Source: Myripristis murdjan (taxonomy: Eukaryota). Taken from it: a stretch of DNA of 64,000 nucleotides. The notes under the pieces were generated by a model. That model did no database searches and was not told the DNA's origin. It was given only the letters and a program-made list of their open reading frames with translations. The position numbers and the translations under genes were made by a program. Every line of letters begins with the position of its first letter. Position 1 is the stretch's first letter. Below, piece by piece: positions 12,790 to 24,930 of the stretch. The DNA lies in the NCBI RefSeq assembly GCF_902150065.1, contig NC_043996.1, forward strand, positions 24,924,745 through 24,988,744. Direction: 5' to 3'.

Positions 12790-13150
12790 TTAAGTCCAGG
12801 AATATTGCTGGTTGCCATGGAGACAGGCGGGTTTAATGCCACTCCAGGGGAGGATAGACTTTGTTTGTTGTGTGAGCAAATTGAGAGTGAGGTTCATTTG
12901 CTGTTTTACTGTCGTGTCTATGAGGTTGGAGGGGTTGTGCTTTTTAGTAATTCGTCCTCCATTCATGCTGATTTCTTTTGGTTGGATGATAATAAAAAAC
13001 TTGAGTTGTGCTTCAAGAAGGAAACCTTTTTTTTCCGCAGTGGATTTAGTTTGCAAAACCTGGGAGAGAAAGCAGAATAGGTGTTGAAAGGTTTGGCTGC
13101 GGCAGCTGTTCTTGTGGTGTCTTGTACATCCATTAGGGCTGGGCGTGTGG
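12790..13150 (+). mobile_element. 3' fragment of a non-LTR retrotransposon (ORF2 C-terminal CCHC zinc-knuckle motif, CR1/L2/Rex-like)
   Basis: ORF 12805-13080 contains RLCLLCEQIESEVHLLFYC = C-x2-C-x8-H-x4-C, typical of LINE ORF2 C-termini; intergenic, no other homology. Confidence 0.45.
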
Positions 13151-13811
13151 TGCACTTAACACAAAAATAAAAATACATCCATCAATACATAATAAGACAC
13201 AACAATGCACTTGGCTTCAAAAGAAGTTGCGCAATACTCTGATAATGCAAGTAAAGACAGATGTTTTTTACTTCATTAATTTACTGATAAAAATAACTTG
13301 ACAGAAAAAAAAAACAAACAAAAAAAACTAGTTCAACCAGCCAACATCAACTTCCTGCAGGCATACTGTGAGAGGATATAATGCACTTACACCTGACACC
13401 GGCTGCTAGTCTACAGGACGACTGCTTGTCATTCACATCCTCTCTCTCAAGGTGAGATCTTCAACACCCATTCAAACTTCACTATTGAATTTGCAATTTG
13501 TTGCACTTTTTAACTGCAAAATAATATTTACTATTTTGGTAGCAATGTTTTCCTTGTTTTTTTTTTTCTGTTTTTGTGCAACATCCTAATCTAATCCTCA
13601 ACCTTGATTTGGTCTACATCATAATCTTAAATCTAAATGTTTGATTGGTGTGCCATGGCCTCAAGCTCGAGTGTGGATGTAATATCTCACCTCATCTTGC
13701 AGAAGTGAGGGTCATATTGAAATATAAAGGCATGATGAATTTATGACTACCTGCAGAAATTTGAAAGCAAATTCATTATGTTGGTCAAGGTAATTCAAGG
13801 TAACTGCAGCG

Positions 13812-14048
13812 ATGCCTCCTCCTGGTGTGTGTGTGAACATCATGGCGGCCCGTCACAAGAAATCTGGCTATGGAAGCCTTGCCTGTCCTGAGAGGTTCCT
13901 CAACCAAGACTACGAGCAGCTAAAGAACTTCCACTTGATCCGCTCCGCGCGCTACATTGACAAGATGTTCCCCCCTGACATCATCTCCATCGGGCAGGGG
14001 ATCCTCAGCCCTGACAGGTTGGCCAAAGTGGAGTGGAAGAGACCAGGG
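13812..14048 (+). CDS. classical (EF-hand) calpain large subunit, exon 1 with ATG
   Basis: ATG at 13812; MPPPGVC...FLNQDYEQLKNF...VEWKRPG; donor GGG|gtgagt. Confidence 0.8.
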
Positions 14049-14567
14049 GTGAGTAGCTCCACGTAAAGATTCGCCCGTACACTGCAAGAAACAAACAAAC
14101 AAACAGACAAGTAATTTAGCCTCTTGACACATGAATGTAAAAAATACTGCAAGCGGGATGAGTTAATCCTATGAAGTTTCAGGGACTTTCCAACCAGGAT
14201 CAAGAAAATGACACTTTATTCAAAAAAATTCTGGAAACAAGATGATTACAGTTGGAAACAAGTGGGATTATCTCATCCCACAGGCAGATCTTCTCATTTT
14301 ACAAAAATCAAGATTTCAACACTGATTTTATGACTCCATATGAGACTAAAGATTTAGGCTTGATAGCTGAAAAAATGCGATTTTCACATAACTTATGATG
14401 ACCAAATGAATGTTTCCAAATGTCTAACGAGTTTCTGAGGTTAAGACAAAGTTTGGTGTAACGTTCTTGCTGTATTGTATTTTTAATCCACATTATGTGA
14501 ACGTTTGATTTTTCATATTTGGCCTTCAGAAGCGTGTTTCTTCTTGTCAACCCTCCCTCTGTTTCAG

Positions 14568-14637
14568 GTAATTGTTCCAAATCCATGCTTCACAGTTGAT
14601 GGAGTATCCAGGTTTGACTTTTACCAAGGAGAAGTTG
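14568..14637 (+). CDS. calpain exon 2
   Basis: tttcag|GTA..GTTG|gtacgg; VIVPNPCFTVDGVSRFDFYQGEV. Confidence 0.8.
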
Positions 14638-14694
14638 GTACGGGAGTTTCCTCGTTATGACCAATGTCTATGCACTTTACTGTCATGCTTGCAG

Positions 14695-14849
14695 AATATA
14701 ATACACCTTTCTGCAATGCTGTTCTTCAAGGAAATTGCTGGTTTCTTGCCTCTATTGGAGCTCTGACGTTCCAGAAGGACATTCTCCAGCAAGTTGTGCC
14801 ACTTCAGCAAACGTTTGACCAGGACTACTGTGGACTCTTCCACTTCAGG
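14695..14849 (+). CDS. calpain exon 3 (protease core, catalytic Cys region)
   Basis: ttgcag|AA..AGG|gtaaac; ..LQGNCWFLASIGALTFQKDILQQVVP...YCGLFHFR (DCWLLAAIASL motif). Confidence 0.85.
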
Positions 14850-15280
14850 GTAAACAGACACAGCACAACTTTTTTTTTTTTTTGATAAATCACATCATTA
14901 TTTGATAGTTTGTATGCAATACTGAATGAGACAAGGCTGGTATTTGAATGTAGTAATACTGAAATTAGATGTTATGCCATCAACAAAAAATGCTAAATAC
15001 TGAAAAAGAAATTCTGTGTATCAGCTTTGGGAAAAACCAAACAAAACAACAACAACAACAAAAAAAAAAACATGGAAATTCCCCAGTAATTCATCTAAGC
15101 CTAACCATAATTATTGTAAGCAAATGCCTTGCAGTTACTCAGAACTGATGTCAGAATCGACCCATATTTCAATACCAACAATCATTTCATCAAAAAATGT
15201 CACTTGTCTGAAATGGTGCATATCTCATTCTGGAACGGGACGTCTTCCTCTTCTCCTTCTCTGCTTGCTCTTTAATTTAG

Positions 15281-15414
15281 TTCTGGAGGTTTGGACGATG
15301 GATGGATGTTGTCATTGATGACAAGCTGCCAACAATCGATGGAAAACTCATCTTCGTTCACTCCAGAACCCCAAATGAATTCTGGCCTGCTTTGCTGGAG
15401 AAAGCCTACGCCAA
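15281..15414 (+). CDS. calpain exon 4
   Basis: tttag|TTC..GCCAA|gtatgt; [44 protein letters not shown]. Confidence 0.85.
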
Positions 15415-15476
15415 GTATGTGATCCAAACAGGGACATGCAGCAGGAGTCAAAGCCATGACTTTGTTCCAGCACAGG

Positions 15477-15867
15477 TTAGAGGAATACGCCAATGCTTTG
15501 GGCAAAATACCCATACGCAGACTGAGACAAGGTGTTCGATACTGTTTTCACCTCTGTATGTCCAGTGGTTCAGTTCCTATGGGTAGCATTTTGTGTTAGC
15601 TTAGCATAAAGACTTTAATTCTATGGGAGTCGTTAGCCTAACTCTGTTGAAGTGCTAAAATAAACAGTACAGCAACTCAGAAGCTGTCTAATTTACATAG
15701 TGTATTATGTGGATTTGAAATACATTCCTCTACATATCTCTTGTTTTATTTACAAAATCCCAAGGTGTATTTTAATATGGTATGGACACGGTATCGAACA
15801 TCTTGTGTCAATGTGGGCAAGTCGGAAAAATGGGATTTTAGCCCAAAACATTGGAGTATTCCTTTAA
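15477..15867. mobile_element. MITE, same family as 3963-4250 (copy 2, with internal insertion), in calpain intron 4
   Basis: Shares TIRs and the internal block GTTAGCTTAGCATAAAGACTT..CTATGGGAGTCGTTAGCCT..GTGGATTTGAAATAC with copy 1; ends ...CATTGGAGTATTCCTTTAAac. Confidence 0.7.
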
Positions 15868-16245
15868 ACTTGAAAAGTGTTGCACACAACAAGTGCTGTG
15901 GACTCTGGAAAAGGGTTTTTACTATTTATCATCATGTTTTCTCACTGGTGGAAATTTATTTTCGGCATAAATATGATAATGTGGTGCAAATACAGTATTT
16001 TTGAGAAGCCTAAGTGATGATCAGATGTGTAGCCCAGAGTGTTCTGTAAGAATGATATCCAACATAAACACAGCATCATCTATACTTATGAAAAACTAGT
16101 TGGACATAGGAAATAACATTTACCAAAAAGGGCTTTTTGATGAAGAAATGTGGTATACAAAGCTGTTTCTATGCATAAAATAAAGTATGAAATCATTTTT
16201 TATTTTTGAAGCACCTATTAAAATATGACTTTGTATTTCTTGCAG

Positions 16246-16420
16246 GGTGTGTGGCTCCTACGCAGACATGAACGCTGGGACTCCCTCCGAGGCTTTGGTG
16301 GATTTCACCGGCGGCGTTCACATGAGCATTGACCTGTCAAAGGCTCCTTCAAACCTGTGGCAGCTCATGTTTAGCGCAGCCCAGTCCAAGTCGCTGATGG
16401 GCTGTGGTACGCCCCAGGGG
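16246..16420 (+). CDS. calpain exon 5
   Basis: tgcag|GGTG..GGG|gtaagt; KVCGSYADMNAGTPSEALVDFTGGV...LMGCGTPQG. Confidence 0.85.
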
Positions 16421-16936
16421 GTAAGTGTACACACTCCACTCCAAACAACACACACTGTATGCCACTTGTGATTTATGGTCAATGCATATTTAATATTCAA
16501 TTTGAAATTCAGTAAAAATACAAACAAATGCTGCTCTTTGGTTAAATAATTTGTGAAAAACTGCAACAAGCTTGGTGTGTTAAAACTGACTCCCTCTAGA
16601 TTTTTTGGTAAAATCAAAGTGAGGCTCATTCTTTAAAAGCCACGTGCTGCAACAACACATTAGCAGTTTTAAATTTTTTGCTGGTGGTCACAACTAAAAG
16701 GTGTAATAAGACAAGAGGACTGGTTGGGTAAAGGCTCACTTATCTATTAAACTCTTTTTCTTTGATTGACACCAGCTTATATACTGAAAGTCATTTCATT
16801 TTAGTAGTAATTTCAGTTTTGTAGTTTTAGTTCACATAGAATCCATGGCAATGTAATGACTGATTCAGTCATCTTTGTACGTTATTTCTGTGAATCCATA
16901 CCCAGTCAACAGTAATGACATGTGTGCATCTTGTAG

Positions 16937-17008
16937 AGGTCACCCAACACAGTACAAGAAAATGGACTGGTGGACGGCCATGCTTACACTGTCACCGGTG
17001 TCAAGCAG
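16937..17008 (+). CDS. calpain exon 6 (active-site His region)
   Basis: tgtag|AGG..CAG|gtaaac; RSPNTVQENGLVDGHAYTVTGVKQ. Confidence 0.8.
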
Positions 17009-17904
17009 GTAAACTATATTTGCACTGTTAATGTTGTGCTACAATGCAAAATATATGAAGCATGGTTCTTGTCACATCTTTTCTCACAATGATCCTAAAA
17101 TATTGTAGCTACAGCAGCTTGTGTTCAGTTTTCTAAGCTTCAGCTAGGAGAGGTGTTCAGGTAATTTGTTCCACTTCGAGGAACTGTAGATAGGTGAGGA
17201 CCCTGTAGACTTAATGCTACATTAAGCTATATCATATGATCTTTTTCCCAGTAAAATGACCCCTATCCAAACTTCAGATCAATCACGCGAGTGCCTCTGT
17301 CGCTGTAATCAGCAATGCAGCGGCAGAAAAAGTTAATTCACTGCAGCTTATCTTGCAGCTGACAATCTGCAGCTTCATCACATTTTTGAATTGGAGGTCA
17401 AAGAGAAAATGATCCAAGTAATCCAACTAGAGCCGTGACAGTGAAAGGTATACCACAATTTCATCTCAAAAACACAATTTTTCGCCTTAGTTTTTTGTTT
17501 TCTGTGAACCTGAAAGCAGGACTGACTGAAGTTTGAGTTCTCAACATCCTTTAGTGGTTGGAAATCATTCAGTGGGTGAACGAACGAAGGCCTGAATGGC
17601 CCGAATAAATTGCCTTCCATGTCGATAAGTGTGTGGGTTTATTTTACTTCACTACCTGAGTCTGGTTCTCATCATTGGCTGGCCTCACTGATAAATGAGT
17701 TATGTGCTTATTCCTTTTGTTTTTTGTAATTTAGCCTAAAAGGTCCAGTCTATCCTCAGGTTGCTTTGCTCCTCTTAATGAATCTCCAGCCTACTGTGAG
17801 AAAAATGTGACATTCTCAAAACAAGTTGACATTACCTTATTAAGCCTTGAGGGAAACTGATCTGGTGATGCTTTCTCCACTGATGATTTCTAATCTCTGC
17901 TCAG

Positions 17905-17990
17905 GTGATGAGTCATGGGAACATAGTGAGCCTGGTGCGTTTGTTGAACCCCTGGGGCCAAAAAGAGTGGAAAAGGGACTGGAGCGATTT
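17905..17990 (+). CDS. calpain exon 7 (active-site Asn region)
   Basis: ctcag|GTG..GATTT|gtaaga; VMSHGNIVSLVRLLNPWGQKEWKRDWSDL. Confidence 0.8.
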
Positions 17991-18759
17991 GTAAGAACTT
18001 CTCTCAATTATTAATTGCTTTACTAAGTGCTTGTTATGATTCCTTTTTAAAGATGGTTAAATAGTGAGATTCTTTTCCAAAGCTGAAATAGTGCAAAACA
18101 ACTGCATCAAAATTGCTCATTTACCCAAAATTGCATGCCACCTTATCTTTCCTCTATCATAAAGGCATATTCAGTGAGTTTTTAACGCCACGTGATTACA
18201 TACAAAGCCAATACAAAGACATGAATGATGTCAATTTCTGCGGCGCGAATGATGCGTACACAGTACTCGAGTTGAGGGGGGATGAGGGTGGATGGCATCC
18301 CCCCTGAAATAAAAACGGTCAAAATCATCCACCCTGTAAAACTACCATCCTCACTTTTCATCAAGTGAAAAAAATTGACCATCTCCCCTGAATTTTTTTT
18401 ACAACTTGACTACTGTGCGTACACGCAAAGTTTGCATATTTGTGTCAGATTATTTCAAATTGAGTGGAAAATTCATGTCTGTATTTGTGCAAGTCCGCAA
18501 TGTTGTCACTCATGCAAGCAAGAGTTGCCACATTTGCCTAAGAGCAATGGGGATCTAAGCAAGCTGTCTAAACCTTTCCTCGGTTATTAGGAACCTGTTT
18601 TGTCATGTCGATCATCTTGCAGAGAACAGAAGCCTGTTATTTGAGTGTGACTTCTGGCATTACAGGAATCTTTGCAGCAATAAAGCTTCATAAACTTCAC
18701 CTACTCTATATGCTGATTTGTTGGTAGAAAGTTAAAGCTTTTACATTTTGTGTTCCAAG

Positions 18760-18834
18760 GTCTCCCCTGTGGGACTCCGTGAGTACTGAAGATCGTAACC
18801 TATGCCTTTCAGTCCGTGACGATGGGGAGTTTTG
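18760..18834 (+). CDS. calpain exon 8
   Basis: ccaag|GTC (AAG acceptor)..TTTTG|gtaagc; SPLWDSVSTEDRNLCLSVRDDGEFW; phase 2-2. Confidence 0.7.
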
Positions 18835-19135
18835 GTAAGCACGTTGAGGCTGAAATGACGTTTAAATGCATGAGTCTTTTCAAGGATGCAAGCATTAGAT
18901 GTCAATACACCAATCCACCACTAGTATACACAAAGTATGTTTGTCAGAATCTATTTTACCATGCAGAGTTGCATTTTTTGGAACTGGTAACCTACAGATA
19001 ATGCATCAATGTACCTTAAATGACCAACTAATACATACAAACAACAGAAAATATAGCTCCAGGTTTCATACATTTTAAGGAGAAAAAAGCAGTAATGTGT
19101 GTGTGTGTGCTATCTATCTTGTCTGATTTCTAAAG

Positions 19136-19296
19136 GATGAGTATAGAAGACTTCTGTAACTTCTTCAGAGATCTTGACATCTGCTCTCTGAGCCCCAGTT
19201 TCCTTGACGGGAACTCCTCTTGCCGTTGGAGGGCTTCCCTCCAGGACGGCCGGTGGGTCGCAAGCATCACTGCTGGAGGATGCCTGAATGATCCCG
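19136..19296 (+). CDS. calpain exon 9
   Basis: taaag|G ATG..CCCG|gtatgt; MSIEDFCNFFRDLDICSLSP...ASITAGGCLNDP. Confidence 0.8.
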
Positions 19297-20124
19297 GTAT
19301 GTACCTGTGTTTGGTCTTTGATTTGAATGAAGTCAAACAAAAGCTGATGAATTCATTGGGCTGTTGAAGTACATTTGTTGCACTTTCATTCCGTGTGTTG
19401 GAAAACACATGGATTTCTTGTTGTTAAGCAAGAATCTGATGATCTCAGCATCACTCAGGAGATCAGTGTAGACAGATCTGGTGATAGTTGACTCTTTTCC
19501 AGTTAGTAAACCAGCAGCACTCCTTCTGCTTCCCAGAAGATGGTGGCCATCGCCTGGCCTATCGACATTGTCTTGTCTTGGCTTTCGTGTTTCCTCTGCT
19601 TCCTGCTGCTTTTGTCTCTCGTTGGAAGTGATGGTCTCATCCACAGGCAGAAATCAGCAGAAAAAACTCTTGGGATTCACTTAAAAAATGAATAGAGCCT
19701 TGTTGGCCTGGTGGTGCTGCTGTGGAGGGCCAATCAGGAGGAAATCAAAAGGCATTTCAACCCTGGTGTTAAAATCCATCAATCATACAAACTTTGGTCA
19801 AAACAAGCCAGTAGAAGATGAGATATCGAACGTAACAAATGGACAAGAGACCAATCCGTAGTCATTTCAGCTATCTTTAAAAGTGGGAAAATTATTACTT
19901 GAACTGAAAAACTAATGTGGTAGGTTAGTAGTTACCACAAAAAATATTATGGGTACATGATTATTACCCTAAAATGTTTCTTTGTAATGCCGTACTCCCA
20001 GCACTGCAGCTACACACCAGTGAGCGAGCAATGTCTATATAATTTCTGGATAACAAAGTCATTCTAACTTTCAAAAATTCAGATACTTATGTCCTGATGC
20101 TGCTATTCCTTCTTTACTTTACAG

Positions 20125-20291
20125 ACAGCTTCTGGATAAATCCACAGTATCGGGTCAAGGTTGTAGATTCACATGATGAGTGTGCTGAGAAACAGGAGGG
20201 AGTCAGCTTCCTGGTGTCTCTCATGCAAAAGCCTGACAAGAGAAACAGACGCCTTGTCACAAATCTGTACATTGGCTTCTACATATTTGAG
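20125..20291 (+). CDS. calpain exon 10 (domain III)
   Basis: ttacag|AC..GAG|gtaaat; DSFWINPQYRVKVVDSHDE...LYIGFYIFE. Confidence 0.8.
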
Positions 20292-20723
20292 GTAAATGTT
20301 ACCCCAGTTGCTGCCCCACAGTGCGCTTGTTAGATGGTTCAAAATCACACGTTTAGGTTTCATTTGGTGCCAAATGAACCAAAGTACAAGAGGAGACACA
20401 GTAATAATATGTTACTGAAGTAATAATAAACGAGTCTGGTCTGCATTTTGACTGGTTATCTGTATCAATGATGTTACTCCATTTTAAAATCTGCTACATT
20501 CTGATTGAATAAGGATTTGAACTAATTGCTATTTCTTCTCATTTCCCTTCCATTTCCTCCAAGGTGACTGAGCAAGTAAGTAACAATTTTAAACAAAACC
20601 TTTGTAGCAATTGATTTTTGTTGCACATTTTACACAATAGCCTACACAGTCTTCAACTTTATTTGGCAGCTAGGATGATGGATATTCAGAGCACTGGAAT
20701 AAGATCTCCACTTGCTTTTACAG

Positions 20724-20927
20724 TACAAGTCGGTGAAAGGGAAGTTCCCTGCCTCTTTCTTCAAAACGCACATGCCTGTCGTCAAACCTGAGTTCTACAA
20801 GAATGCACGCGAGGTCATGAAGTTCACAAAACTGAAGCCTGGTGAATACCTGATTGTGCCGTCCACCCACAAACCCAATGAGACGGCCTCCTTCATCCTG
20901 TCCATCCTCTCCACAGCAGAGATCCAT
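20724..20927 (+). CDS. calpain exon 11 (domain III)
   Basis: tttacag|TAC..CAT|gtctag (weak donor); YKSVKGKF...LKPGEYLIVPSTHKPNETASFILSILSTAEIH; an in-frame TAG follows if the donor is not used. Confidence 0.65.
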
Positions 20928-21315
20928 GTCTAGTAAGCAGTCTGTCCACCCACTGCATGTAAGAAGGTTATTAGTGTATAAAGAGGTGGCAGAAATCAAA
21001 CAGACAGGAGGAGCCTGAATCTGAAGTGACATATATGAATTGTTTTCCATTTTCCACACATTTTGTTTGAGAGAAGAAAAAAGAAATCACTCAAAATCCA
21101 AGTGTAATCTTTTGTCTTTCCCTTCAGTGAGACTTCTGGTGACTTTATGGAAATTGCAAAGGTGTGCAAGATTTCAAATACTGCATTATTGTTCTTGCTG
21201 ATAATATTGTGATATTGTACTTTTCGTCAACTGTTATTGCCAGTTTGGCCTTAAAGACGTGCATTGGATATTAGATGGGACAGAAAGGGTTCAATCTCTC
21301 TTCTTTTCATTTGTA

Positions 21316-21384
21316 GCCCAAACAGATGGAGAACGGACATGATGACAACAGCACAAGACTCGTGTTCAGTGAACACGCCGACCA
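21316..21384 (+). CDS. calpain exon 12 (linker)
   Basis: ttgtag|CCC..CAG|gtatct; PKQMENGHDDNSTRLVFSEHADQ; an alternative acceptor 9 nt downstream (aacag|ATG) also stays in frame. Confidence 0.65.
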
Positions 21385-21921
21385 GGTATCTTGTGTCTCA
21401 CTGACATTCAAGAAACAAAGTGGAACTGTAGCTAAACAGTAGGGCATGGTGTTGTGAGGTGTCTACCAACTCAATTACAGGTTAAGTCAAACTCTAACTC
21501 AAACAACAGATTCAATAGCAGTTTGAAATCTGGACATTAAACTTTTTTTTTTAGTTTCACACCATTATTGCCCTGCACTTTACATCTGGGAGTTATGTGA
21601 TTGCCCGTCCATTCATCCGTCAGTCCGTCTGCAAGATAGACTAAAATCTACTGGAAAGATTGGCATGAAACTTGGTGGGAAGGTTGATCATAGGCCAGCA
21701 AAGAAGTGAAAATGTTTTGGGCCCAATTAGCCCCAAGAAGACATGGTGATGGGTGGGACTTGGCACAAACAGGGCCGTAGTTTCCAAATGCATCCATGTA
21801 ATGTAACGAAACCCAGCGTGGAGGTCGGTCATGGGTGGAGGCGGTGCTGAACAACTTTCCACACTGTCAGGCCAAAAGGGGCGTGTCCTATGTCAACATG
21901 AGGAGCAGGGCTTAGCACAGG

Positions 21922-22117
21922 GGCCACCAATCATGTGCCATGGAGGGCCAAGAGGCTGCAGGTTTTCATTCCAACCAAGACCTCCACCAGGTGACTTCAC
22001 TGATCACCTCACCTTGTATCAGAAAGGAGGAGCTAATCAGTGAAATCACCTGGTGGAGGTCTTGGTTGGAATGAAAACCTGCAGCCTCTCGGCCCTCCAT
22101 GGCACATGATTGGTGAC
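21922..22117. repeat. long near-perfect hairpin (inverted repeat, ~75-bp arms) inside a ~500-bp repeat-like block in calpain intron 12
   Basis: GGCCACCAATCATGTGCCATGGAGGGCCAAGAGGCTGCAGGTTTTCATTCCAACCAAGACCTCCACCAGGTGA ... TCACCTGGTGGAGGTCTTGGTTGGAATGAAAACCTGCAGCCTCTCGGCCCTCCATGGCACATGATTGGTGACC. Confidence 0.7.
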
Positions 22118-22422
22118 CCCTGGTTTAGCACGTATAGACCCATAACTTCCAACTGCAATGTTGGGTCTGGACTCTAGTGAGTGCCTTCTGGTTTATTATG
22201 TATCTACATCTTTTGAGCTAAGTTGTGCTTCGATTTCATATTTGCATGTTTCAAACTGAAAGTAAATGCTGCTGAATAAGTATAAATAAGTATGTTTTTG
22301 TCTAGCTGTGTAAAAGCATGAGATCTCAGCTCCAGTGCATGCATGGTTTTGCATTTGGGTTAACATGTCATGGTGAAGCTTACACAAGTCATCCTGTCTT
22401 GTCATTTTAATTTCATCTCCAG

Positions 22423-22480
22423 TATGAGGAAGTGGATGCTGAGCAGCTCCAGAAGCTTCTGAACGGAAAGATCCTCCACG
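22423..22480 (+). CDS. calpain exon 13 (penta-EF-hand domain start)
   Basis: tccag|TAT..CACG|gtgcgg; YEEVDAEQLQKLLNGKILH. Confidence 0.75.
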
Positions 22481-22601
22481 GTGCGGACTGTGAAACTACA
22501 CTTCACAAACAAGAGCTGTGTTTCAACAGCAAATGAGCTTTAGTTAAATTTGGTGGCGGATGCAAATGTATGCAGTGTGATGAGTTTTCTGTTTCCCTCA
22601 G

Positions 22602-22663
22602 GGGACCTGAAGGCTGGAGGCTTCAGCCTGGATGCCTGTCGCAGCATGGTTGCTCTTATGGAT
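22602..22663 (+). CDS. calpain exon 14 (EF-hand)
   Basis: cctcag|GG..GAT|gtatcc; GDLKAGGFSLDACRSMVALMD (cf. GFSLESCRSMVNLMD). Confidence 0.8.
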
Positions 22664-22828
22664 GTATCCTTATGCATTAGCTGTTGATTGTGATTTGGCA
22701 AAACCACATCATACACACAGCAAGATTCCTGCTGACATACATTGGTACTTTGTGAGTTAGGCAAAGACATGCAGCAACATGGAGACACACCTTAACACAC
22801 ACACACACCTTAACCTTGAACCTCAAAG

Positions 22829-22897
22829 ACATCAACGACAGGCAAACTGAACAGCTATGAATTCCTGCGTCTGTGGAAGAAGGTCGTTGCATACAAG
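22829..22897 (+). CDS. calpain exon 15 (EF-hand)
   Basis: caaag|ACA..AAG|gtgaag; TSTTGKLNSYEFLRLWKKVVAYK. Confidence 0.8.
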
Positions 22898-23110
22898 GTG
22901 AAGAGAAGCTCACATTAACAGTAATGATGAGTGTCTTCCTGTGTAACGACAGGTGACAAATACTCTCTTAAAAGACTGGCATGGCTATTTTTGTTCTGAA
23001 AACGGTTGTGATTGAATTCTAACTCTTCAGGAGGGTGCATCCAGATTTACTTTATTTCTTTGATGGTTTGTGTTTTCTTGCTCTCCTAACAGTGTGCTCT
23101 CTCTCACCAG

Positions 23111-23189
23111 GACATTTTCTTCTACACTGATGCTGACCGAACAGGAACTTTGTCGCTGAGTGAGCTGAGGAATGCAATCATGACTTCAG
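23111..23189 (+). CDS. calpain exon 16 (EF-hand)
   Basis: caccag|GAC..TCAG|gtagta; DIFFYTDADRTGTLSLSELRNAIMTS. Confidence 0.8.
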
Positions 23190-24813
23190 GTAGTAGGAAG
23201 ATAGATAATAATACACTTCAGTTGTTTATCAAAGACATATCATCACTATCTTGGCATTCATCCCAGTTTCAGCGGGTGAATTTACAGTAATGAACAGAAA
23301 AACTTGTCTTGTTTCCTTTTAACATTGTTGTCCAACCTTGTCACAAGGTTTTTATGATGCCAAAAAAGGCCTTGCAACATAAAGCTTCAGAATTTTGCTT
23401 ACCAAAGTCTCAGTTTTGTCAGATTAGTCAATTTGCACAGTCCAGTGTTATTCGTTCCTGGCTAGAATATAGCCAAAGTGAATGCAAAGACTTTATTTAA
23501 ACGGCTGCTGGCTCTATTTCAGTGGTAGATGTTTTACTTTTGCTTGATTTTTGTAACGTGTCCTGGTTGACATGACTGAAAAACTCAACACGCAGTTTAA
23601 AGGTGGAATCGAGGTCAACGGGACAGTGTTTCAGATTCTCGAGGACGTTTCACTTCCCATCCACGTCTTGAAGAATCTAAAACACAGTGTAGCTGACCTC
23701 GGCTCAACTCCACGTGGATTACCATGACCTGGGATGACTGAGAACCTGCACACACACGCAGATTAAAAAACACAAAACATGACTGACAGGCGAGCTAAGC
23801 CAAGCTCTCAGATATATAGCTGATCAAGCCAAACCACATATGACAAGGTAAAGGAATAAAAGTACTTTTACGATGCACTTATTTTTATTGCAGGTGGAAG
23901 AAGTAAGCATAAGGCATATTTTAATCTATTAATCATATCGTTAAGATACATTTTGTGTTTAAACTATGCTTAAAGTAAACATGAGATGCTATATTAATAT
24001 CATATAAAATATCATGAGAGATTTATAGCTTTCACTCATGTTTTGAAAAACATCCTTCCGTGGGAGTGGACACTTTCCTGTATCCAATCAGTAAAAACTC
24101 TCTACTGTAAAGAGCAGCCCACTCTGTTGAGGTATAAATCTTTGAGCGCCCACCCCAGGGGCCTCTTTTTTCTGGCACCAGGGGGCCACGGACATCGGCA
24201 GCTCTCTTTGTTTGTAAAACTTGTTTAATGTCTTACTAACAAGTTGACTGTCAAAATAAATCTGGTAAAAGAAAACTTTTGTCTTCATCCTCGAGGGGAA
24301 ATACTATTTTGATTTATTCTGACAGCTCTGATTAGATTTTTTGGTTTGATCATCGTATTGATTACGTACACAGAATATTCAACTCAGGAGGCTTTGGAGA
24401 CACTTCAGAAACTGGGGATTTTTTTCATCAATAATTAAATTAAATTAATTCATGTTTTTTGGTGAAAAAAGGCCATTTTTCCTATTAGGTTTCTCATGTT
24501 GAGATTCTTTGTTCACTGGAAAAAACTAAAAAGTATTATGTGTTAAGTATTATGTTAGTATAAATCCAATTTATGAGTGCATTTAGAGAAGAAATCCGCC
24601 ATTTCTTACATTACATAATTTTTTGTGTTTGGACATAATTGGGTTCTGAACAGGTTTTAAATGTAGTAGTTATGTATCGTCTTCGGTGTTGGCTTCTGAA
24701 ACACGGTATTTGTTTTGATGCTTTGTGGCAGTGACAGTCCTGCAAGAGACTTTAAATCTTATTGAGGCATTCCTGAAAGGTAAAATAAAACAACTTGATT
24801 TTGTGTCGGACAG

Positions 24814-24930
24814 GGATCAAGGTCAACGATGAGATGTTGAACTTGCTGGCTCTGCGCTACGGTGACGCCACTCAACACTTGACGCTGGAGACCTTCATCA
24901 GCACAATGATCCGCATGGCCTGCATGCACA
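24814..24930 (+). CDS. calpain exon 17 (EF-hand)
   Basis: gacag|GG..CACA|gtaagt; GIKVNDEMLNLLALRYGDATQHLTLETFISTMIRMACMH. Confidence 0.8.
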
